From a virus, in the IMG/VR virus record IMGVR_UViG_3300047509_000106, positions 3,405-67,404 of that record: a stretch of 64,000 nt of DNA. One strand, given 5' to 3'. Position 1 is the first letter of the stretch; every line of letters starts with the position of its first letter. The position numbers and the translations under genes are program-made. Shown one piece after another: positions 57,015 to 64,000 of this stretch. Under the pieces are notes generated by a model, which saw only the letters and a program-made list of their open reading frames with translations, was not told where the DNA came from and ran no database searches.

Positions 57015-57596
57015 ATGCCAAGGAAGCGTCGATCACCGGATTTGTGTGCATGGTGCGATAAGCCATCGTTCAAAGCAACAGGTAGCATTTGGCTTTGTGA
57101 TGTGCATACGCGATTCGCAATGATGCGGCGAGCCGCAAAGAGGGACGGCAAGGCCATTCCGTCAATGGATGATCTGTTTCAAATGCTCGCGGCTCTGGAC
57201 GATATGAAGTGCCCGGTTTGCTTGCGAAAAATGAACTGGTTCGCGAAGGACGGGCAAGCGACCGTGATGACCCTTCAACATGATCGCTCTGGAAAGATGC
57301 GCTTTCTCTGTCGGTCATGCAATTGCAGGCATTGGAGATTCGATGGCGATTCGTTTTACGACGAGATCGGCCCCGACAAAATGCGTTGCTTTTGTTGCAA
57401 AACCGTGCTGTCGATTGAAGAGTTTCCGCCGACTTCTCAATCAGGCAAATGGCGCGGAAGAAAATCGACGTGCAGGCCGTGCGTCAACAAACTCTGGCGT
57501 GAGCGAAATGCAAGAAATCGTGAGCGTTACAACGAGCGGCGGCGCAAAGATGCAGCAGAACGAAGGAAAAGGAAACTGCAAGACGCAGCGGGGTAA
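57015..57596 (+). CDS. Zinc-binding HNH/endonuclease VII-like protein
   Basis: CPVC...LQHDRSG..RFLCRSCN plus further CxxC pairs; AGGAG RBS. Confidence 0.6.
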   Translation: MPRKRRSPDLCAWCDKPSFKATGSIWLCDVHTRFAMMRRAAKRDGKAIPSMDDLFQMLAALDDMKCPVCLRKMNWFAKDGQATVMTLQHDRSGKMRFLCRSCNCRHWRFDGDSFYDEIGPDKMRCFCCKTVLSIEEFPPTSQSGKWRGRKSTCRPCVNKLWRERNARNRERYNERRRKDAAERRKRKLQDAAG

Positions 57597-57599
57597 TGG

Positions 57600-57896
57600 A
57601 TGCACGACTGGCCAGACGACAAGCTGCTCACAGCAAAGGAAGTCGCCGCGTATCTCGGCGTCAAGGGTACAGGATTCCGCGAAGCGCGACGAGCCGGGGA
57701 GATACCCGAGCCCATTTACATCGGCACTAGCCCGCGATGGCGCTGGGGGGATTTGAAGGAATGGACACGAGCGCTGACGATTGTACTCCAAAAAACCCCT
57801 GCCGTTTTTCGACGGAAAGCGACGGAAAACGACTCTTTTCAACCTTCCGCAACGGACAGCAATTTGCCCCCTTCCGAAAAGAAAAAGGGGCATTAG
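57600..57896 (+). CDS. AlpA/excisionase-like HTH regulator
   Basis: LLTAKEVAAYLGV...GEIPEPI.IG..PRW...L.EW. Confidence 0.75.
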   Translation: MHDWPDDKLLTAKEVAAYLGVKGTGFREARRAGEIPEPIYIGTSPRWRWGDLKEWTRALTIVLQKTPAVFRRKATENDSFQPSATDSNLPPSEKKKGH

Positions 57897-58339
57897 CATC
57901 GTTTCAGCCGCAAACCCGGCACGGACCCGCCCATACTCAGGGATTCGATCATGTTCGCACTCGTGATATTCGCGCTGCTCGTCTGTTTCTTCGCGGCGTA
58001 CTGGCTCGGTCGCCGGGACAGGGGCCGGGCGCTGGAGATTGAACGCGATCGGCACCGGGCGAACGTGCGGCACGTTGGGCGGAATTGAGGCGAGCATGGA
58101 CGGGAAGGCAACATGAAGCAACTCGAAGACATGAACGAAGTCGAATTGCGGGAACTGACAACCGCGATTCTGAGAGACATCGAGGCTGCGTTGCCGCCGA
58201 TGACTGCCTTCACGGTCCTGTTCTGGCCGTTCGGCACGCACGGCATCGCTCAGTACGGATCGAATTGTCACCGGGGCGACATGATTAAGGCGCTTCGCGA
58301 GACGGCGGATCGGTTGGAGCGAAGAGAGGACGTATCGCG

Positions 58340-58546
58340 ATGAGCGCCAGCAACTACGTCCACCTGGACAACTGCGACGTAATCCGTGAGACGGAGAACG
58401 CCTTTTTGATCCGCTACGAAGGCGAAGAGATTTGGATTCCGCGCTCGCAACTAGCGGACGCCGACGATTACGCGGCTGGCGATGAGGACGTGACGCTCAG
58501 CGTTACGGAGTGGATCGCGAAGCAAAAGGGAATTGAGGTCGATTGA
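58340..58546 (+). CDS. Conserved small phage protein
   Basis: RETENAFLI...EIWIPRSQ...EWIA..KG. Confidence 0.6.
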   Translation: MSASNYVHLDNCDVIRETENAFLIRYEGEEIWIPRSQLADADDYAAGDEDVTLSVTEWIAKQKGIEVD

Positions 58547-61284
58547 ACATGGCCGATCAAACGAAATTATCGACCGGCTATGGCATCTGCCCGCAATGCG
58601 ACGTGCATTGCTGGCTTGATGTGGCGAGCGGTGCCGAGCCGAACCTGTTGCGAGTCGAGAATTCGCATCATGTCTCGACCGATTACGGACCGGGTGAGTC
58701 GTGGGATGAGATTTGGAAGTGTCCGGCGTGCGGGCACGAATTCACAGAAAGAAACGGCTATCCATGACCAATGAACACGGCTACCACGTCTGCACGAAAG
58801 ACGATCCGTGGACGCCAGCGAAAGGCGAGCGGGCGATTCATCCCGATGCCGTATCGGGCGAAGATCGAGACTTCGGCGGCGGCGAGTATTGTGCCTCCTA
58901 TACCTGCCCGAACTGCGGGAAGTTCTTCTATGTGGAGTTGGCACAGTGAAACAGACAGCTTGCAAACTTTGTGGCAAGTCGTTCGTCTGCGACAACGGCA
59001 TGTGGTCAACGACCTGCACTTGTGCTCGGGATCGGCCGGAACAATTGCGAGTCGCTCAGGAAATACGGCCGGGGTTCTATTGGGCATTATGGCTGACGGC
59101 GGCAAATGGAACGCACGAAGGCGATGAGTTGACTCCCTCGCATGATTGGGAAGTTGTCGAGGTTTGGGAGAACTTCATCGGGGATAGGTGTGAAGCCGAT
59201 GCCGCTGAGAAATTCGGCGTGAGTGTTCCAGGCGTGCGCGAATCGCAATGGCTTGAAAACTTCAAGTGGGGCGAACGAGTAAAAGACAAGGCGTGAGCGA
59301 TGTATGGACGCCGACGTTCACAAGCTGCCGAGCGGCTACGTCATTGTTGAGGTGAACGGCGAGAAGGACGACGGGCACAGCCCGGCATGGTATCGGGCGG
59401 TGATGCACGATCCGAGGTTACGAGAGTTGATTCGGCGGGAGATTCGACCGGAGGAAGGCGATGGTCCTCGAACTGATTGATCCCATCGCCGGCGACACGG
59501 TAGAAACGGTTCATTACGTCTCGTGTGACTTCTGCTTCGAGACGGCGTGCGAGGACATTTGGGCCGGCAAGCGCGACGAAAAGGACTGGCGGGAGTTCTA
59601 CCGGCTGCATCCGGGCCTGGAGGTTTGCTGTGGAAATTGTCTCGACGGCTTGGATATGAGCGAAGGTAAACCAACGGAGGGTTAGCCCATGACCGACGAC
59701 TACACACGCGGCGTAGCCGACACGCTGCAAAAGATCGCCCGCCACTTCGCCGACGTGCCATTCGTCCGCTACGAACTGTGCAAGCTGTTCCGCGAGCGTG
59801 ACGATGACGACGAGACGGTGCAGCTAGGAACGCTGCCGACAGAAGATGAACGAGCGACTGCCAAAATGTGCAAAACGTGAAAGGACACCAATGCAAAAGG
59901 TTTTGAAGCATCCGGCTTGCGACGACGAGTGGAAAGTCAGTCTCCGCAATTTCTCCATGAAGGTCGGCTTTCATCTGAGCCTATCGACATCGATGCTCGA
60001 AATGCTCTGTGCAGTGTCGGACGACGTGAAGTGGGACCGGGCGCTCTACTATCGCGAGCGATGCGTCGGAGAGAATTGGATTAGTTCGCAAAACTCGCTC
60101 GTCAAGCGCGGACTGATCCGTCGCAAGAGCGAAGACGAAATGATGAAAGAAAAGAAGCGTCGCATCATCATGGAAGGCACGACGGCGGACTTCTGCCAAT
60201 GGTCGAACTACGAACTGACCCCGGCTGGCGAGTTGGTCGTTGCTCTAATCGCGATGGCCGGACTGTTTGTTGAGGCCGACGCCGCAATCGAGAAGAAGGC
60301 AAAAAAAGCATGAATACCGCTGACCCACCCGCCCTGGAACCCGGCCAGCTCGTGCAGATCACCGACGGCCCGCACGCGGGCAAGAGCGGGCGTGTGGCGG
60401 AGGTCCGCCTGGACGCAGTGACTGGCGATGTAATCGTGGCCGTGCAGACGAGCCGCGGCATGTGTTGGACTTTGCGGGCAAACGTGAAGCATTAGGAGCT
60501 ACGCGATGAAAGCCAACGAGGTAGTCGAGTCGATTTGCGAGATTCTCAACGAGAACTGCGAGAACCCGGCGCTTGAGTTAATCAAGCACGGCAAGGTACT
60601 TCAGTCGATTGGCTCGGCGCTGAAAGGCTTCTCGCTGGAAGAAGCGCGCACCGTTTTGAAATGTGTCGCGGATATGAACAGGATTCAGAAAACTTAGGAG
60701 CCACGGCCGGCGGCGTACCGCGTTTTGGGCACCGCAGGGAAACTGGCCGGCCGTGATTTGAACTTGGCCGGGCCTGTGAACTGGTTGCGTCAGGGTGATA
60801 GGTTCGACTGCCGGCTCGGCCATTTTGGAGACGGGAACTCGAACGCCGGAGAGATGTCACGAAAGCGGGGAAGGCTCAACGGCCGAAGAAACCGCGAGTA
60901 TGTGCGCGGGGCATGCGACCCAAGATTGCGAAGGCGTGACAGCTCGGAGAGACGAGCATTACTTCGGAGCTTTGACATGCTACACGCCGACACCACCGTC
61001 CACTTCGTCGAACGTCTCCGCCTAGCCGCCCCGTGCGTCGGCCCGGTCACTGGCCGCGCCTACCGCGTGTTGACCTGCTTTGGCGCTGACGGATCGCAGC
61101 ATCGGATCGCCCTACACGCGGACGTTGCCGACAAGCTGCTGATCGAAGGCTATGACGCGCCGGTTGAGGATGAGGACGACGAGGAGCCGCACGATGGCGA
61201 CACGGCGAAGCCCGTCGGCGAATCGGTCAGCGGCGAGCAGGTGTTTGCGGGGGATGCGCCGTGTCGAACATTGCCCGACGAGTT

Positions 61285-61512
61285 TTAGGAGTTCTTTTCG
61301 CGGGTCATTTTCGGCAATTCGGACATTGCCCGCTCAAAGTCTTTTCGGGACGGCGCGTCCATGACTTTGATGATGTAGTCCGGGACGGAGATGTCCTGGT
61401 GAGTTGCGATCGTGCGGAATCGCCGCATGAGCCACTTGGGAAGGCGAGTTGATTCCGTTCCGTCGTCGTGCTTTTTCGGACGCCCCATGATTGGGGCAAG
61501 TGTAGCGGACAA
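61285..61512 (-). CDS. Small RHH-like regulator divergent from replication gene
   Basis: MGRPKK...TRLP..L...F..IA....SV.DYI. Confidence 0.6.
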   Translation of the reverse strand: MSATLAPIMGRPKKHDDGTESTRLPKWLMRRFRTIATHQDISVPDYIIKVMDAPSRKDFERAMSELPKMTREKNS

Positions 61513-61553
61513 GGACGCTCCAACAAAAGGGTTACTAGCGACGGTCGTAAATG

Positions 61554-61619
61554 ATTCTATCCGGCTAGTACGCTATTTGTCAATTACTCTTGACGCTAAG
61601 CGTATTAGACGCATAAAAT
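61554..61619. promoter_or_regulatory. Back-to-back sigma70-type promoters
   Basis: Minus: TTGACA-18-TAGAAT; plus: TTGACG-18-TAAAAT. Confidence 0.6.
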
Positions 61620-63737
61620 ATGACGGTATCCAGGGCAGGAAAAAAAGTGTCGAATGCTTGGACGCTGCGGGCCGAAGGAAGCACGCTCGGCATGGTTGCC
61701 GATGCCGAAGAAGTGCGCCGGGCGCTCAAGCTGTTTGCCGATCCGACCTCGGGTTGTCAGTTGCTTGGATTGACAAAGAACCGGGAAGGCCGAGTAATCG
61801 GGATTCCGAAGACACTGGCCGGGTCGAACATCGACGGGCTTTGCGAGGCCGCAGCATCGTTGCCGTCCGGTTCGGGGATTTACTACCGGATCAATCCGGT
61901 GCCGGAGAACCTGAGCCGATCGGCGAACGCTGGCGACGTGTTCAAACGTCGCTGGGTTTACATCGACATTGACCCGGTGAAGCCGGATGAACAGAAGGAT
62001 GATCCGGCCACGGATAACGAAAAGGATGGGACGATCAGCGTGTGTGATGCGGTAAACGACTACCTACAGGACATCGGTTGGCCGGCTCCAGTGATTGTGG
62101 ATTCAGGCAACGGACACGGGCTGCATTACCCATGCGATCTTCCTAACGACCAGGACACTCAGGATCGAATACGCGACCTGCTGAAGGTTCTGGCTGCGAA
62201 GTTCTCGGGGCCGAAAGGCAAGGTCGATAAGAGCGTACACAACGCCGATCGATTGGCGAAGCTGCCCGGCACTTGGGCTAGGAAAGGAACCGAATACCAT
62301 GACCGGCCATATCGTCCGGCGAAGTTAGTGTTTGTTCCTCAATCGCTTGGATGCGTCACACTGGCGCAGTTGCCAGAAAAGAACGCGATTCCGCAACCGT
62401 CCAAGAATGGGAAACACCGAGAACCGTTCAAGTGTCGAGCAACGACGGGCGACGGCGACACTGCTTATGCACAAGCAGCGTTGGAAGGGGAATGCTCTCG
62501 CGTCGTCCTCGCCAAGCCCGGGCCTGATGAGGGTAGAAACAACGCCTTATTTCGGGCCGCTTGTAATCTTGGCGAGCTGGTGAATGGCGGAGTTCTCGAC
62601 AGGTCAGTCGTTACGCAGCGATTGACCGATTCAGCATTCAGAACGGGCTTGGACGCACACGAAATAGCATCGTGTATTGCGAGTGGATTTAAGAAGGTTG
62701 AGGGTAAATCGCGCAACATCCCGGAGAACCAAAAGCCGCTCGAAGAGAAGCGATGGTCGATTCCGGTTGAACCGAAACGCAACAAAGATGATGCCGAGAT
62801 TTACCCGTTGCCGGATTTGCTGGCGATGGAACTGCCGGCTCCACGGTGGGCGATACCGGGCTTACTGTCTGAGGGCCTAACGATCCTGGCCGGCAAGCCA
62901 AAACTCGGGAAGTCGTGGATGGCGCTCAATCTCGCCATGACCGTTGCGGCCGGGGGAATGGCTCTCGGATCGATCAAGGTACATCCCGGCGACGTTTTGT
63001 ACTTGGCGCTTGAGGATCGATTGCGGCGCATCCGTGACCGGGCCGCTAAGGTGCTGGGCGGATTGAAATTGCAAGCGCCTGGACGGCTCGGAATCGCCGT
63101 GGAGTGGAAACGACAGGACAAGGGCGGCGTGTTCGATTTGGCCAAATGGCTAGCCCAAGCCAACGATCCGCGGCTGATCGTGATTGACGTTTGGGCGAAG
63201 TTCCGCTCGCCGGCAAAGATGAAGGGCTCGGCATACGAGCAGGACTACGACCAACTGACCGAAGTGAAGTCGGTGGCCGATCATTACGGCGCTTCCGTGC
63301 TGGCGATTCACCATACGCGCAAGGGCGCGGCTGAAGACGTGTTTGACGAGATCAGCGGGACACTTGGGATCGCTGGCGCTGCCGATGGGTCGATGGTGCT
63401 CACCCGATCGCGGGGAAAGAACGAAGGCACCCTCGCAATGACCGGGCGCGACATCGAAGAGCAAACAATAGCGGTCGAGTTCGACCCGAACGCGTTTACT
63501 TGGCGGTCGCTGGGATCGGCAGAGGACCGCGTAGGCGGCGAACTGCAAAAGCGAGTTCTCGCCTACCTGAAGCTGATGAACGGTCGCGCAGTGTTCACGT
63601 CGGACATAGCCGAACATCTGGAAGAATCTCAGGACAAGGTGCGGCCGACGCTGCACAAGCTGCTCGAAAAGCTGATCATCAAGCACGTCGGCAACACATG
63701 GAGTTACCCGGGGGAAGGCGATGAAATCCCGACGTAA
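61620..63737 (+). CDS. Primase-helicase (AEP-like N-terminus, RepA/AAA_25 helicase, C-terminal wHTH); start may be GTG 61647
   Basis: YIDID, DSGNGHGLH, RLAKLPGT, GRNNALF; Walker A GKPKLGKS, YLALED, LIVID, IHHTRK. Confidence 0.85.
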   Translation: MTVSRAGKKVSNAWTLRAEGSTLGMVADAEEVRRALKLFADPTSGCQLLGLTKNREGRVIGIPKTLAGSNIDGLCEAAASLPSGSGIYYRINPVPENLSRSANAGDVFKRRWVYIDIDPVKPDEQKDDPATDNEKDGTISVCDAVNDYLQDIGWPAPVIVDSGNGHGLHYPCDLPNDQDTQDRIRDLLKVLAAKFSGPKGKVDKSVHNADRLAKLPGTWARKGTEYHDRPYRPAKLVFVPQSLGCVTLAQLPEKNAIPQPSKNGKHREPFKCRATTGDGDTAYAQAALEGECSRVVLAKPGPDEGRNNALFRAACNLGELVNGGVLDRSVVTQRLTDSAFRTGLDAHEIASCIASGFKKVEGKSRNIPENQKPLEEKRWSIPVEPKRNKDDAEIYPLPDLLAMELPAPRWAIPGLLSEGLTILAGKPKLGKSWMALNLAMTVAAGGMALGSIKVHPGDVLYLALEDRLRRIRDRAAKVLGGLKLQAPGRLGIAVEWKRQDKGGVFDLAKWLAQANDPRLIVIDVWAKFRSPAKMKGSAYEQDYDQLTEVKSVADHYGASVLAIHHTRKGAAEDVFDEISGTLGIAGAADGSMVLTRSRGKNEGTLAMTGRDIEEQTIAVEFDPNAFTWRSLGSAEDRVGGELQKRVLAYLKLMNGRAVFTSDIAEHLEESQDKVRPTLHKLLEKLIIKHVGNTWSYPGEGDEIPT

Positions 63738-63747
63738 TGATCGTCTG

Positions 63748-63958
63748 CCGTTACGGTCCGTTACGCCGTTACGGTGTGAACGCAAGTTGTTAATTGTTAG
63801 CAACTTAACCCCGTAACGGCAGCATAGGTCTCTCCGTTACGGTCCGTTACGCCCCGTAACGACCGTAATGGCACCGTAACGACAGGCCGTTACGGGGTTA
63901 AGTTTGCGTGTGTCAAGTGTTTAGGCGATGACCGTAACGACCGTAACGGACCGTAACG
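63748..63958. repeat. Iteron array / putative replication origin
   Basis: About 13 CCGT(T/A)ACG copies directly after the primase-helicase stop; 19-bp inverted repeat 63802-63820 / 63886-63904. Confidence 0.75.
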
Positions 63959-64000
63959 CTTGACGAGTGTGAAATTCCCCGGCTCGAACGTATCGACCGG

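Larger units (their letters stand above)
1..64000. mobile_element. Temperate siphovirus-like phage genome (most of it), probable Planctomycetota host
   Basis: Ordered terminase-portal-protease-capsid-tail modules, integrase and primase-helicase. Phage-type genes lie on both sides of the integrase. Confidence 0.93.

Noticed and set aside
57015-57596. Intron- or intein-associated homing endonuclease
   Set aside because: Free-standing ORF with its own RBS; no interrupted gene is visible around it.
63748-63958. CRISPR array
   Set aside because: Repeats are 8 bp, irregularly spaced, with no unique spacers and no cas genes.

Overview
The whole window reads as a temperate tailed phage (HK97-type head, non-contractile tail), with no recognisable host chromosomal flank. 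Gene order is: accessory genes with a TGT/DpdA-like + QueF-like pair and a beta sliding clamp (1-6.3 kb), terminases, portal, protease and capsid (7-17 kb), a ~13 kb glycosylation island (17.4-30.5 kb), head-tail and tail genes (31-40 kb), a lysis-position cassette (41-44 kb), secreted/c-type haem morons (45.6-49.8 kb), tyrosine integrase (50-51 kb), early/regulatory genes (51-61 kb), and a primase-helicase followed by an iteron array (61.6-64 kb). TIGR02996-like, DUF1580-like and planctomycete-style cytochrome c proteins suggest a Planctomycetota host (inference). The best candidate for an undescribed system is the island between capsid and tail genes. Two TPR-GT41 (OGT/SPINDLY-like) protein glycosyltransferases flank a nearly uncharged 771-aa Ser/Thr/Val repeat protein and sit among a radical SAM enzyme, methyltransferase, kinase, nucleotidyltransferase and split TPP enzyme. 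This suggests virion glycosylation with an unusual sugar. Other notable signals are an 8-copy CCGCCCC-N10-hexamer, mostly leaderless late-promoter motif, a prodomain-less S53 protease where an endolysin is expected, and several structured intergenic RNAs. All family assignments are from motif recognition by eye, without database searches.
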